Shown piece after piece: positions 33,849 through 46,362 of a stretch of DNA of 64,000 bases. This stretch comes from Schizosaccharomyces osmophilus. Its lineage: Eukaryota. The notes beneath the pieces were generated by a model. That model was not told where the DNA came from. It saw only the letters and a program-made list of their open reading frames with translations, and made no database searches. Positions within the stretch are counted from its first letter, which is position 1. Each line of letters starts with the position of its first letter. Position numbers and translations under genes: made by a program. The stretch lies in NCBI RefSeq assembly GCF_027921745.1, contig NC_079239.1, positions 124,001-188,000 on the forward strand, written 5' to 3'.

Positions 33849-35897
33849 TTAGAAAGCACGGCGAACGGGGGAACGGATGAAAGGGGTATCCTTGTAAGCT
33901 TCGTAAGTCTTTTGAGCACGCTTAGCAACACCTTCGGGGGTAAATTGGTACTTCTCGTACAATTGCTTAGCGGTACCAGACTCACCGAAGGAAGTCATAC
34001 CGAAAGCTTCGTGGACATAGCGAGTCCAGCCCAAAGTGCTGTAAACTTCAACAGACATAGCAGGGATGCCATCGGGAATGACAGAGAGACGGTAGCTCTC
34101 GTCTTGTTCCTCGAAAACTTCCCAGCAGGGCAAAGAGACAACACGAGCCTCCAAGTTGTATTCGCTCTTCAAGGTCTTGAGAGCGTCAAGGCAAAGAGAA
34201 ACTTCAGAACCGGTACCAACGAGAGTAACCTTGGCGTTCTTGTTCTCAAGAAGGACATAACCACCCTTGCTGGCGTTCTCGATGGTAGAGTTTTCGAGTT
34301 GAGGGAGGTTTTGACGGGTCAAAGCCAAAATGGAAGGAGAGTCGCAGTGAGTCAAAGCACTGACGTAAGCGGCAGAAGTCTCGTTACCGTCAGCGGGTCT
34401 CCAGCAGTACATGTTGGGCATGGCACGGAAGTGAGAGAAGGTCTCAATAGGCTGGTGAGTGGGACCGTCTTCACCTAAACCGATAGAATCGTGAGTAGCG
34501 ACGTAGATAACACGGCTGTTGTTCAAAGCAGCCATACGAACGGCACCAGAAGCGTAAGAAACGAAGTTCAAAAAAGTACCACCATAAGGAATGATGGGAC
34601 CATAGACAGCCAAACCGTTCATGATACCGGCCATACCGTGTTCACGGATACCATAGCGGATGTAACGGCCAGCGTAAGATCCGATGTTGCTGCTAGGGTG
34701 CTGGAAGTCAGCAGCGCCTTGCCAACGAGTCAAGTTGGAGGGAGTCAAGTCAGCGGAACCACCGACAAGCTCGGGGACGACAGGGCAAAGAGCATCCAAA
34801 ACGATTTCAGAGAGCTTACGAGTGGCAACAGCAGCATCGCCAGGCTTGTAAGTGGGAAGGCACTTTTGCCAGCCATCGGGAAGTTGTCTGTTGAGGATAC
34901 GCTCCAATTGGTTGTAGAGGTCGGCATGAGCTTGAGCGTACTTAGCATACATGGCATCATATTCCTTTTGAATAGCTTGGTTTTCTTCAACACGCTTTTG
35001 ATAGAATTGGTAAACCTCAGCGGGAACATGGAAAGTTTGTTCAGGGTTGAAACCGAAGAGCTTCTTAACATGGACGGCATCATCAGGCTTAAGAGGGCTA
35101 CCGTGAACGCTGTGGGTACCTTGTTGTTGAGAGCCGAAACCGATGGTGGTCTTGAGGTTGATCAAGGTAGGCTTGTCAGTGCAAGCGATGGCTTCACGGT
35201 AAGCCTTCTCGATAGCTTCAAGATCAGTGTCACCGTGTTCAACACGCAAAATTTGCCAGCCGTAAGCTTCATAGCGCTTTTCGACGTCCTCATCGAAGGA
35301 GAGCTCGGTGCTACCATCAATGGTGATCTTGTTGTTATCCCAGATAGCAACCAAGCTACCGAGCTTCAAGTGACCAGCCAAAGAGGAAGCCTCAGAAGAG
35401 ATACCCTCTTGAAGACAGCCATCACCCAAGAAGCAGAAGGTGTTGTTGTCGAAGATGTCGAAACCGGGCTTGTTGTAAACGGCGGCGGAATGGGCCTTAC
35501 CGATGGCAAGACCGACGGCGGCAGCGATACCTTGACCCAAAGGACCAGCACCAGTTTCAACGTTCAAAGTGGGGTCGTGAGTTTCGGGATGGCCAGGAGT
35601 CTTGCTACCGACTTGACGGAATTGCTTCAAGTCGTCAATGGACATTTGGTAGCCAAGAAGGTGGCACATAACGTATTGCAAAGCGCAAGCATGACCGTTA
35701 GAAAGGATAAAACGATCACGGTTCAACCACTTGGGGGATTTGGGGTTGAACTTCATGATGCGGCTGAAAAGGACATGGCTTGCAGGGGCCAAACCCATAG
35801 GAGCACCGGGATGTCCAGACTTAGCATTCGAAGTAGTGTCAATGGACAAGGTACGAATGGTGTTAATGGCAAGCTGATCAATTTCAGAGTAAGGCAT
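33849..35897 (-). CDS. tkt1: Transketolase
   Basis: SGHPGAPMG, GDGCLQEG, THDSIGLGEDGPTHQP. Confidence 0.97.
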   Translation of the reverse strand: MPYSEIDQLAINTIRTLSIDTTSNAKSGHPGAPMGLAPASHVLFSRIMKFNPKSPKWLNRDRFILSNGHACALQYVMCHLLGYQMSIDDLKQFRQVGSKTPGHPETHDPTLNVETGAGPLGQGIAAAVGLAIGKAHSAAVYNKPGFDIFDNNTFCFLGDGCLQEGISSEASSLAGHLKLGSLVAIWDNNKITIDGSTELSFDEDVEKRYEAYGWQILRVEHGDTDLEAIEKAYREAIACTDKPTLINLKTTIGFGSQQQGTHSVHGSPLKPDDAVHVKKLFGFNPEQTFHVPAEVYQFYQKRVEENQAIQKEYDAMYAKYAQAHADLYNQLERILNRQLPDGWQKCLPTYKPGDAAVATRKLSEIVLDALCPVVPELVGGSADLTPSNLTRWQGAADFQHPSSNIGSYAGRYIRYGIREHGMAGIMNGLAVYGPIIPYGGTFLNFVSYASGAVRMAALNNSRVIYVATHDSIGLGEDGPTHQPIETFSHFRAMPNMYCWRPADGNETSAAYVSALTHCDSPSILALTRQNLPQLENSTIENASKGGYVLLENKNAKVTLVGTGSEVSLCLDALKTLKSEYNLEARVVSLPCWEVFEEQDESYRLSVIPDGIPAMSVEVYSTLGWTRYVHEAFGMTSFGESGTAKQLYEKYQFTPEGVAKRAQKTYEAYKDTPFIRSPVRRAF

Positions 35898-36978
35898 GAT
35901 GAGTATAAGTTCGTGAAATCTTTACAAAAAAAGGCGTAAAATATAGATGGTATACGAAAAGATAAGACGTAAAATGACAATTTACGAAGAAAATACCTAC
36001 AAATCTCGCGATCCCTACGTTGGTATGTTTCAGCAAAGTGTCGGGTGCGTTTCAAGTTTGATACTGGGGGATTCTAAGAATATATAGTCCCGGACTGAAA
36101 AAGAATTTCGAAGAAGGAGTTGAACTCATGATCGTCCGAAAATTTGCGTCAACCCCTGATATTACGCGAGTACTCACCTCATTAGTCATGGATAGATCCG
36201 AAAGGGCATCTCGACAAAATTGATTAGTACTCGCACGATGGTTGGACGAGTCAAAACTTACAAGTCTTGTCGGGTGGAAAATTAAACAAAACCAACAGAA
36301 AAGAAAAAAACGCGTAGGAAACACGTAAAAAAATTGTTTTTCTTGTTTAGAACTTGAAAATAACCTGTATATTTCTAGAATTCTTTCAAATTCGCCACAG
36401 TCTGTTTATTAAGGTTAGACACTGACGGTCTGTTACCCTCAGAAAGCCTTTCGGAGAAATTGCTGTTTGAACCCTATACTTATCGGCGATCAAGACCTCG
36501 TTCCCCATCGGTAATGGTACATATCGGCAATTGGTACAAAGCGGTATTCACATATTGAGTGCTACAGTGTGTCTTTATTGAGTCATAAAATAGTTGCATT
36601 GCGTGTCACTAAAGGATAAACAAACGAGATGGAAGGTAGAGAGAAAGGCTCTTGAAGCTCTCACTAGAAGCAACGATTCTGTGGGTTACTCGGGTTGCTT
36701 GTGTCCGCTTGGGTAGCAAAACATAATTCTGGAATTTGTTTTTTCATCCAATTTGTTTGAATTGATTTCTTTGGTACGGTTTTCTGTAGCTTAAAACAAA
36801 TGACCAAGTTCTATGGAACGACTACCCTAAAATCTCTTACTGACCTTCTTCTAGCGATTATTTCCACCTGCATACCTTTAAACGAAGAAAGGATTCAAAC
36901 GTTTTCCTGTGACGGCCGCCGCTACATCTTGTCTCCCACATATACCACTTCCATTTTTACACCAAACACCAAGCCGTG

Positions 36979-37977
36979 ATGCTGCGCAAAAAGCTTCCAC
37001 AGCATTTGGAAGCTTTTGATGCATTTCCAAAAGTAGTCAATGAGTATCGAAAACCAGGATCTTCGCGTGGAGGCGTCTTTTCGTTGGCTGTCGGGTTTTT
37101 CGTTCTCTGGCTCTTCCTTCTCGAGTGTTATTTTTACCAAAAAGGCGTTCGTGAACAAAAAATCATGGTCTCGGACAAAGTGTCCGAGTTGATGGATCTC
37201 AATCTCGATATCACCCTCGCAATGCCTTGTACCCATGTTCGCGTCGACGCGGCCGACAAAACCAACGACATCGTTTTTGCTACCAACATGCTGACTCTCG
37301 AGGAAACGGATCTCAGTGACATGAGACATTCATCCACCAAGTACCGCCCTGGAAGAAAATCTGAATACCGTTGGGTGAGATCCGGCAAGTTCCGTCAGAA
37401 GAAAAAGCCCGTTACTGGCGCTGGGAGTGCATGCAGAATTTATGGAAAAATAACCGTCAATCGTGTCCATGGCCAATTGCAAATTACCACTCCCGGTTGG
37501 GGCTACGGCCTTTCTGACATCCCCTTTCATGCCCTCAACTTTACCCATCACATTGAAGAATTGTCTTTTGGAGACTATTATCCTGCTATCGTTAATGCTC
37601 TGGACGGCCATTACGGGTTTACAGATAAAGAAGCCTTTGCTTTTCAGTATTATTTGTCGATCTTGCCTACAAGCTACAAGTCCTCCTTTCGCTCTCTTGA
37701 AACAAATCAATATTCTCTAACCGAAAACTCCGTACCGAGACAGCTCGGCTTCCGTTCCAGTCCACCTGGCATATTCATTGAATACGATATCGAACCTCTC
37801 GGCGTTCAAATCGTCGATAAATATCCCAGCATAGTGAAATGTTTTTTACGCGTTTTGTCCATTTCCGGCGGTCTTTACGTCCTAATGAACTGGTTAGAAA
37901 AAATTTACAGCACTCGGCCGGCTGCAAAGGCTGAGGACAATATGCTTGGACTCCTTGGCAAAGAGATCAAATCGTGA
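36979..37977 (+). CDS. erv41: COPII cargo receptor Erv41
   Basis: FDAFPK, DITLAMPC, CRIYG, NFTHHIEELSFG, FQYYL, PGIFIEYDIEP; ERGIC2/3 family. Confidence 0.88.
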   Translation: MLRKKLPQHLEAFDAFPKVVNEYRKPGSSRGGVFSLAVGFFVLWLFLLECYFYQKGVREQKIMVSDKVSELMDLNLDITLAMPCTHVRVDAADKTNDIVFATNMLTLEETDLSDMRHSSTKYRPGRKSEYRWVRSGKFRQKKKPVTGAGSACRIYGKITVNRVHGQLQITTPGWGYGLSDIPFHALNFTHHIEELSFGDYYPAIVNALDGHYGFTDKEAFAFQYYLSILPTSYKSSFRSLETNQYSLTENSVPRQLGFRSSPPGIFIEYDIEPLGVQIVDKYPSIVKCFLRVLSISGGLYVLMNWLEKIYSTRPAAKAEDNMLGLLGKEIKS

Positions 37978-38221
37978 TGTTTGCTTCAGTCGCTTGTTTA
38001 TGATTTGAACGTCTAAAACTTATCCCTTCAAAATACATGCATTCTCCTACTATTATTGGCCAGATCTTTTCGTAATTCCAAGCAAACATGGAAGATATTA
38101 ATGATAAATTAAACTATTATAATAAACTAAACAAGAAATTTTCTTAGATCCCAAAATCCCATTCATCCTTGCCAGAAAGAAACTTTTGCATATAACTAAG
38201 AATCTTTATCCAAATCCATTT

Positions 38222-39232
38222 TTACCCTTTGGCACACTCCGGTGTCTGAGACTGCAACTTTCGAGTCTTCCGGTCGCTCCCCAAACCCAAACCGAGGATG
38301 CCAGTATTCAATCCTTCCAAAAGCATACAGGCCTTGCAAATCCGGTTGCTGGATATAAAACCACATCGCTCGCACTGCGTCTGTTGGGGAAGCCTCTCTT
38401 GCACTGTATCAGAGAGTTGCATGGCTTCGCCAGAATAAATGATATCTAATATTGAACTTGGTCGAATGCATTCCAACTGCTTGATCATGGCTCGAGCAGT
38501 TCCCCGGAATGCTTCGGGGGAATATGTGCATTCAGTGGAGAAGTAATCGAGCTTTTTATAATGAGCGTACAAAACAATTTCCTTTTCGTACGTATACTTG
38601 AAAGGCTTGGAACGCTTCGTAGGCGAAGTATCTGACTGAGTGGTTATTTCAGTGCTTCTGGGAAGACGAGCAACGTCACCGCGTAGCAAGTTCATTAATA
38701 CAGTTTCTGCAATGTCGTCGGCATTGTGGCCGGTGACTAGATGATGGATATCCAAACTCAATGCAGCCCGATCCAAAGCTTGACGGCGAAAGACACCGCA
38801 GTAGGTACAGTTGTTTTTTAAACCAATACGAGCGACAACATTATCCATGGTCCATCCATCGTACAAATCCTCGTAGCTAACCACGGTCATTGGAAGTTCA
38901 TACTGCTGCTGATTCCGTTTTACAGTCGCCAGAGAATCGTCTCTGTATCCTCGAATTCCTTCGTCCACGCTAATTAAATACAATTCAATGCCGTAGTCGT
39001 ATCGTTCGTTCAAAAGTTTCATTACATATGCTAAAACCGTGCTGTCTTTTCCTCCACTAGCACCGATACCCACTTTTTCCCCTCGATGGAACAGCTTGTG
39101 TTCGGTCATGACATTGTGGATTTCTGTTTCGAACACATAGTAGAAGCAATCCTTACAAATCCTTTGACCAGTTTTGGGACGCACTAGTGCAGGGCGATTG
39201 AGATCACATAATTCACACTGTTTGCTTCGCAT
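38222..39232 (-). CDS. ctu1: Cytosolic tRNA 2-thiolation protein Ctu1/Ncs6
   Basis: SGGKDS PP-loop, [20 protein letters not shown], CxxC pairs. Confidence 0.96.
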   Translation of the reverse strand: MRSKQCELCDLNRPALVRPKTGQRICKDCFYYVFETEIHNVMTEHKLFHRGEKVGIGASGGKDSTVLAYVMKLLNERYDYGIELYLISVDEGIRGYRDDSLATVKRNQQQYELPMTVVSYEDLYDGWTMDNVVARIGLKNNCTYCGVFRRQALDRAALSLDIHHLVTGHNADDIAETVLMNLLRGDVARLPRSTEITTQSDTSPTKRSKPFKYTYEKEIVLYAHYKKLDYFSTECTYSPEAFRGTARAMIKQLECIRPSSILDIIYSGEAMQLSDTVQERLPQQTQCERCGFISSNRICKACMLLEGLNTGILGLGLGSDRKTRKLQSQTPECAKG

Positions 39233-39887
39233 TGTAGCAGAATGTTTGCTGGTTTAATGTTAAAATTTCTGCCTCCTCGCCGTTTAGGAACACAAGTATA
39301 GAGCAAATAGGGATGGTTCCACTATATCGGTAATCAAGTTTACCGATGTTGAAACCATCCATCGGCATCCTTAATAAATAAATAAATAATGAATATTCGT
39401 TAAAGAGTTGGGTTATAAAGACGTCTCCAAGTCAACTGCAGCGGTGTAAGCATAGCCAAAGAAAGGATTTTCTTTGTAGAATGAAATCAATTCAAGTTTT
39501 TGAGCCAAATCGTTTGCTGTTTCTCCAAATGGTCATGAATGTGAATACTCGGGCTGAATGGTAAGGAAACAACTGCAAGTTTCACGAAAAACAATCACAA
39601 AGCATCTTTCTTGTTTGTAAGCAAGCAGATTCTTCAACAAGAACGATGCTAATTGTAGAATCGGAGCTTAATAGATCGAATTGTGGGGAAGTGAAAAAGT
39701 ACAGCAAAAACGCGAAAGAAGAATAAGGGACGATCGATCCGATTTTCATTTTACCAAGGAAAAATCACAAAAGCAAGAGAAATAAAAAACGAGAAACGAA
39801 TCGTTACTTTTCTCTTGTTTTATAGAATAAATAATTTTAATTTCCATTCGGAGTAAATGCACAAAGACTCAACTTCTTGCTCCCCTT

Positions 39888-40157
39888 ACGCGTCTGACTA
39901 TTTAAAGACATATGGTAGCATACTTTTCCTTTCTCCAAACAAAAGGGTTCTCGATTTTTTCTTCTTTTTTTGGCGAGATCATGGCTCTTTTTTTTTCTTG
40001 TTCTTTTTAGTTTAGTATCATGAGAACGATTCTCTTTTCTCCCTTGTTGTCTGAAAACCATATTTGTAGTTTCATTCTTCAACGATTTCAAATTGCTTCT
40101 TTTTTTTTTAGATTTAATAATCGGATGAAATCGCTTATGACGCGTCGTTCAACGCGT
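39888..40157. promoter_or_regulatory. Cluster of three perfect MCB (ACGCGT) elements
   Basis: ACGCGT at 39888, 40140 and 40152. Confidence 0.5.
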
Positions 40158-41613
40158 TTCTCCTTTCTTTTCGTCTCGTGGCTCCTTTATTGTACGTCCT
40201 TATTTACACGTCAAGGGAGCGACTTGGGGAAACGCTGCATGGATGATCTATAGTAGGGGAGGCTAATGTTATCTTAAATTTGAACTCCCAGGGTCGGAAC
40301 CCACGTACATATTCAAGTTGCTTTGGTGTTTTGCTGCACACTGTAGCTCAAGACAGCAGCATCATCATCTTAAATGGTTACCTACTCAACTGTTCATATA
40401 AACATGGACCTAGAAAGTTCGGTACATTTCCCTTGACAATCCACGCATTTGCATACGAGCCATGTAGGATACGTCATAAGAAGCAACATTTAAAGAACCG
40501 CTAGGTGTGCACTGACCGCCTTTAACACACAAGACTCTTCAAACTCCTTATTTAATTTCATATATAAAAAAACGGGAACCGCTACAGCAACCAAAAGACG
40601 ATTTGTTTCTAAGCATTCTCAAAACTTGAGTTGCTATCGAGTAGTGCTTTGCTACGAAGAAGCATCGTACTTATTTCGAAATTGGCTATCAATCATTTCG
40701 TATCCTTTTGTTAACCTTTGTTTCAACAGTTACATTTTTTGTGGGTTAGAAACTTGCCTTTCGTTGTGAGGCCATCCTCGGATTCTACTAGAAGGAAAAC
40801 TAAAGTATTCAAAGTCTCACGGGATTTGTTTTTATTTGTTTGGTTTTTTTACGAGAGATAGAGAAAAAGAAGAAGAAACGCTACGAAAGAGTTTGTCTGA
40901 AAAGTTAATTCTTTTCATTGTATTGCTCGACTACCAAGCCACAAAGTTTGATTGTAGACAGCACCAATAAACATCGAAAATTTCCCATTTCGATTCTTTT
41001 AAGCTTTTCAGTTTCAATACATCAGCAAGACTTTCTTTCCTGGTAATTCAGAAGAAACGTTTGCTCTGAAAGCCTTTGTCCTCCTTTTTGCAATTTCAGG
41101 TTACTTGTTGTTGATTGCTTTCTACATCCTTTCTACTAGTTGGATTTTTTTTTCCTGAATATTGGATTACCCAAGGAGTCTTTTGGATTTGAAGGATTTC
41201 TCGCTTTGTCGGGATCGTATAGAAACTAGGTATTCTTGCTTGCTGGTTGAATACTTATTGGCCACTTCCTTTGTTTTCCCATTTTGGTTCTTGCTTGTCT
41301 CCGATATATATATATATAAAAAAAAAGACGATCGGTTTGAAGTAGCCCTCATATCTAAGCCTTTTATTTATTTAAGCTTCTTTCAATCTTCTCATACCAT
41401 TGAATGTTTTATTTTTGTTAACTATTAATCTGTTGTTTACGCTTGATCTTTTCCATACATCATCTATTCTCTTTTGTTTCTCCTCCCTTCAGATTTTAAC
41501 TGCATTTTAGTTTTCTTGCTGATCACTTTATTGCATATTTCCCTTTTTAGGTGTCTATTATATTTTGGTTTGAAATTAAATTCCTGGATTTGATCCTTCA
41601 GAATTTTCACATC

Positions 41614-42393
41614 ATGTCAGTGAGAAACATTGTGACCCTAAGTCATAATCCGGCTATCACATATAGCACAAAAGACGACGATTTTATTGAAGATCCTACA
41701 CCATCGCCTGTTACTGAAAACGTTCCTTGGATCTCTTGGTTCTGCTCTCGACCAGGTCGAGAATATTTTGTCGAGGTTCGAGATGACTTTATTGAAGACT
41801 TGTTTAATTTGACTGGCCTTAATCTTGCTGTACCCTTTTATAATGAAGCTCTGGATCTTATTCTTGATAGGAATAATCCTGAAACTCTAAAAAAGCTCGA
41901 TATGGGCGTGGTTGAAACAAGTGCACAGATTCTTTATGGTCTAATACATCAACGCTATATCATTACCCGAATGGGCTTACATCAAATGGCCGAGAAATAT
42001 AGTACGGGTATCTTTGGTTGTTGCCCTCGGGTAAATTGTTGTTATACACACGTTCTTCCTGCCGGCCGGTCCGATGTGGTTGGAAGAATGCCTGTTGTAT
42101 TATTTTGTCCAAACTGCCTAGACTTATACGCACCATCTAGCTCCAAATATAAAAATATTGATGGATCCTTTTTTGGTACAACATTCCCTCATCTGTTCTT
42201 TGAAACCTACCCTGAACTCAACCCGAAAAGGGCTATTCCATGCGGTAATATCTATCAGCCCAGAATTTACGGATTCAAGGTTAGTGAATTCAGTAAAACG
42301 GGTCCTCGAATGCAATGGCTACGCATGTATTTGACCGATAGTAGTGATAGTGATAGTGAAAGTGAAATTGAAAGCGAAAGCGAAAGTGATTAA
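41614..42393 (+). CDS. ckb2: Casein kinase 2 regulatory (beta) subunit paralog
   Basis: WISWFCS, FNLTGL, LYGLIHQRYI, CPRVNC..CPNC zinc site, YQPRIYGFK; acidic SD/SE repeat tail. Confidence 0.9.
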   Translation: MSVRNIVTLSHNPAITYSTKDDDFIEDPTPSPVTENVPWISWFCSRPGREYFVEVRDDFIEDLFNLTGLNLAVPFYNEALDLILDRNNPETLKKLDMGVVETSAQILYGLIHQRYIITRMGLHQMAEKYSTGIFGCCPRVNCCYTHVLPAGRSDVVGRMPVVLFCPNCLDLYAPSSSKYKNIDGSFFGTTFPHLFFETYPELNPKRAIPCGNIYQPRIYGFKVSEFSKTGPRMQWLRMYLTDSSDSDSESEIESESESD

Positions 42394-42952
42394 CTTCTTA
42401 TGATTATAATGTTATCAAAAACGCTCTTCATTTCTCCTTTTCCGTCAGACCGCACCGTACCGCACTAGCATTACCCTTTCTATCCGCCACTATACCTGAT
42501 TGCTTTCCTCTAGAAGACCATAATGACTGCCTTTTTAATTCGTTTTCTATAGCTTTTCATATGTCACGTTACTGACTTGTGAAGAGTTTAGTACTGTCGT
42601 AAAAGGACTTTTGGGGTTATTTATGTTAATCTTTAGCTTTTTTACTAAAGAAGTTTAGGGTCTATATTGAGTTGGTTTATCTTATTTATCCTTCAAGGTG
42701 TTGCCTAAGAAGAACAGTGGATAATGATCATATATCAAAAGTTAATTACAAAAAGTTTATAAGATGGAAAGGCTTTATCACTATAACTTAATCCTCGCGA
42801 TTTCAAAAACTATATTGATTGTTGCAGGTAACTAATAAAATGAGCCTTTGGATATCTAGCACGTATTATATGTATGTATATCATGAGATATGTAGAATTA
42901 GCTCTTTGCTTAAGATAGAGACGGTTGACGCTAATGACCGTAATCATTTCGT

Positions 42953-44080
42953 CTAGGCACGCTTACTACGCTTCTTGATTTTGCGTTGACGTTCTTTATC
43001 CACGCGCTTCTTCTGTTCGCTTTCAGACAGATTGGAAACGTCAGAAGCGGTGGACTTTTTGCTTTTGGCGGCTTTCGCAGCAGCAGAAGCATGGACTACT
43101 TCTTCAAGGGCCAACTTGCGAGAGGAAGTCAATTTTTTAGTAATTTCAGGTCGCCATTGGAATTTAGACGTATTATCAGCAATCAATAATAAAGTGTTAA
43201 GTAGATCATTAGCCTGGGGATTTTCAAGCTCATTAAAAGTGCCTACGTTGTCGACACGCATCGAGGCATCGATACGAGGTTGTTCCATATACTCTTTTTC
43301 ATTTGCAGGGGCAGCAGCCGGCTGATCAGTAACGATGAGGTACTCGAGGTTCTTCATGGAAGATTGAAGGGAAGGAAGGAATTGAGGAAGGTTAAGGACG
43401 CGTTCGGTACATTCAAGATTTTCGGACATTAGAACGTGGGTTTCAGGAAGCAATGGATGAGAAGAGATTCTAGTAAAGCTAAGATCGAATCTAGTCTCTC
43501 GGAGAATACGCATGCAATCCTTACGCACAATGGCAAACACGAATGGTTGCCAGGGCTTGGCATGATTGCCAAGGTTAAGTATTAGCTGGAAGCGATCGGC
43601 AGCGGGAAGTACTGGAGACATTACATTTCCCATAAATATTTCAACAAGCTGGTTTATACCATAAGTAAACAGGTCCTGACGAGGAAAGAGTTGCAAAGTA
43701 GTGTAGACGTTTTTTACATTTACTCTACCGGTGAGGTATGACGAGTACTCTGTAGGAGAGACATCAATAACGGGAGACATGTTTCTTCCTGGACCATATT
43801 GAGAAAATTGATTACGAAGCAGGGTTTGCAAAGAGTTGTACCAACGAGAAGCAAAATCGGCATTTTTGCGTTTTTTGGTGATAAATGAAACAACGTACAA
43901 GGCAAACACAGACAAAACGATCAACTCAATTTTGAAGTCTTGCCAGTGGACCTTTCTAAGCATTCCAGAATTTTCAGTGTCAATAAATTCCTCAGTTGTA
44001 TGTGACTCTTCCGAGCTCTCATCTGTTGCCAAAGCACCAGAAATGAATGCTAAAACTGACATCAATACTTTTCTAACCAT
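42953..44080 (-). CDS. ER membrane protein, CCDC47/DUF1682 (PAT complex)
   Basis: Signal peptide, single TM, SYLTGR, PRQDL, FVFAIV, TDQP, basic coiled-coil C-terminus. Confidence 0.85.
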   Translation of the reverse strand: MVRKVLMSVLAFISGALATDESSEESHTTEEFIDTENSGMLRKVHWQDFKIELIVLSVFALYVVSFITKKRKNADFASRWYNSLQTLLRNQFSQYGPGRNMSPVIDVSPTEYSSYLTGRVNVKNVYTTLQLFPRQDLFTYGINQLVEIFMGNVMSPVLPAADRFQLILNLGNHAKPWQPFVFAIVRKDCMRILRETRFDLSFTRISSHPLLPETHVLMSENLECTERVLNLPQFLPSLQSSMKNLEYLIVTDQPAAAPANEKEYMEQPRIDASMRVDNVGTFNELENPQANDLLNTLLLIADNTSKFQWRPEITKKLTSSRKLALEEVVHASAAAKAAKSKKSTASDVSNLSESEQKKRVDKERQRKIKKRSKRA

Positions 44081-44230
44081 CTTTTCGAATGCTCACCGAT
44101 GAAAGCTATGAAAAATCAGAAAGGAGGTGAGCGCTCTCTGAACGTGTGAGTCTTCAATTTCAAAAACTTGATAGCCTTTATGCACACAATGAGCTTTATA
44201 TTTGCTATTCATCAACACCGATCAAGCAAA

Positions 44231-44303
44231 GTCGCGGTGGTGTAGTTGGGAGCATGACAGACTGAAGATCTGTTGGTCACTGGTTCGATCCCGGTTCGTG
44301 ACA
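44231..44303 (+). tRNA. tRNA-Phe(GAA), copy 1
   Basis: Cloverleaf: acceptor GTCGCGG/TCGTGAC, anticodon arm ACAGA-CTGAAGA-TCTGT, GGTTCGATCC B box, oligo-T terminator. Confidence 0.97.
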
Positions 44304-45517
44304 CTTTTTTTTCTGCTAGTGGGATATGTTTTAATATTTTTTATTTATTTTTATTGAACGGAGGTATTGTATGCTTGGAATGGCAGAAAGCGGTATGCCT
44401 AAAGTGAGCAGGGCGTGAGTGTGCATTCATGAGAAGAGTCTAAAAAGAAGCAAGTATAAACACGCAGGGTTGGAATGAAAAGTACCTTTATGCGGGAGTG
44501 CAAAGAGGTGGAATTGGTTCCTTTACCGGTAGCACATTGAGGATGTTTTCATACCAACTATAGGAAACGAGATAATTGTCTTCCTGGCGTAGGAAAAATC
44601 ATCGGCGAAGTATTTTTTGTTGAGTAATAAATGAACAAACAAATGGAAGAATTTGGTGAGCTTGGTTGGTTGGATGTATGAGGCTTTAAAAGGATTTCTA
44701 CATACATGATTCATTCGTAAAGTTCTTTGCCTATCACAGAATGTTTAAACCCAAAAAAAAAAAAAGATATTGCTATACTGCTCATGTACAAACCTTTTTT
44801 TTGGCGCTTTCACCTAGTTCATGCTTTTCCTACATGTGCACACCAAACCAAAGTCTTTTGTGTAGGAACGTCTGCAAATGTAGTGTTTACAGGAAAAAAA
44901 ATAAATCACTTAAAGAGCTATTCCTGTGTTCAATTTATCGCATTGCATTTTTCATGAATTTTAAAAGTTTTGTCTGTTTATTTACAGCAGCCATAGGTAA
45001 CATTCGTGTAATATAATATACCTTCTTTAAAGCATATTTGTTTCTTGTGAAGTGTTTATTTTGATATGCTTATAAGGCTCGAAAAGCCTTTAAATATATT
45101 TCAAAAGATAAACACGAATACTTAGTTCTTACTGCTATGTGATTTTGAGGGAAAGAGCCAGAATCATTACGGCTAAGGAAGGTTGAACCAATCAAGGAAG
45201 CACAATCCTTTTATAAAATTTGAGCTTAAAATCGTTTGTAAAACAAAAATGAGTACCATTAAGAAAAGAAAAACCTTTACAAGCATCTCTTTCGATGACA
45301 GTTCAGCCAGACAACGTTAATCTTAAGTCTTTTCTAACCAGTCAACCAGAATTCCTTAAGCATACTCTCGTTGTAAGTAGACCCATCTGAATCAATGTCG
45401 TTCTTGTTCTAAGATGTGTTTGTTTCTTCACCATATCGGCCACAATCGTTTGGATCACTATATTCCATTAAAAACTTCATGGTACATGTGTGTTTTCCAC
45501 CTACACTGATCAATAAA

Positions 45518-45590
45518 GTCGCGGTGGTGTAGTTGGGAGCATGACAGACTGAAGATCTGTTGGTCACTGGTTCGATCCCGGTTCGTGACA
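45518..45590 (+). tRNA. tRNA-Phe(GAA), copy 2
   Basis: Identical 73-nt sequence to copy 1, followed by oligo-T. Confidence 0.97.
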
Positions 45591-46362
45591 CTTTTTTTTC
45601 CTTTTTTGTTAACTCTCTTGATGAACGAAGAAAAGAATTGATGCTGTGTCAAGGATGAATGGACAGACCTTGCTCTATGTTGTTGCTGTTCCGATCCCAG
45701 CATTTCAATGCACAGACATGAATCCAAGACTTGGTATTGCTATCTACAAGAAGCTACAATAGAATAAAGAAATTGATCCGACAGCGTGTGCCTTGTTGGT
45801 AGACACTAGCGCTTGGGAATGAATCTCAAAAAGGGCATTCACAACATATTTCTATTCCTATTCACACATTCAGAGCTCTCGTTTAAGCGCGTTGCTTTTC
45901 TAAATGTGCAAACAACCGGACACAGGCTTTGATTTCACTTATGACAGACACATTTCTGTTGTTGATTTAACCAATCTGATGAGATGAACAGTGGACTCAA
46001 ATTATCAGATGAAACTCTTTTTCTCTATTTCGAATTTTATTCCTTTCTTCAAGAGAAACGAACGGATAAACATTCCGAGGGAAAACATACTTCAAATAGA
46101 AATGGTAGAATACAGTCTTTTTTATGAAATCGAATGACTCTTCCATTTGTTTATTTATTATGGTTGTGGGGCCGTTCAAGATATTACAAAGCGAGAATTA
46201 TCTAAGCGAGAACTAGAACGTCCAATAACTTTAAGTCCACCCCAACTCGAAAGTAAAACACCAATTGATCCTTCAACTTGCTCTGAAATTTTCCCTTTTC
46301 CATTACCCTCATTTTTCCATTTCGTAGAATTCAGACTTTCTAAATCCCATCTCTAAAACAAT

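Noticed and set aside
33912..35939. Long antisense ORFs (188 aa and 482 aa) over transketolase
   Set aside because: Codon-mirror shadows of a highly biased gene; no recognisable protein features. The same applies to antisense ORFs over pgm1, tdh1 and hmt2.
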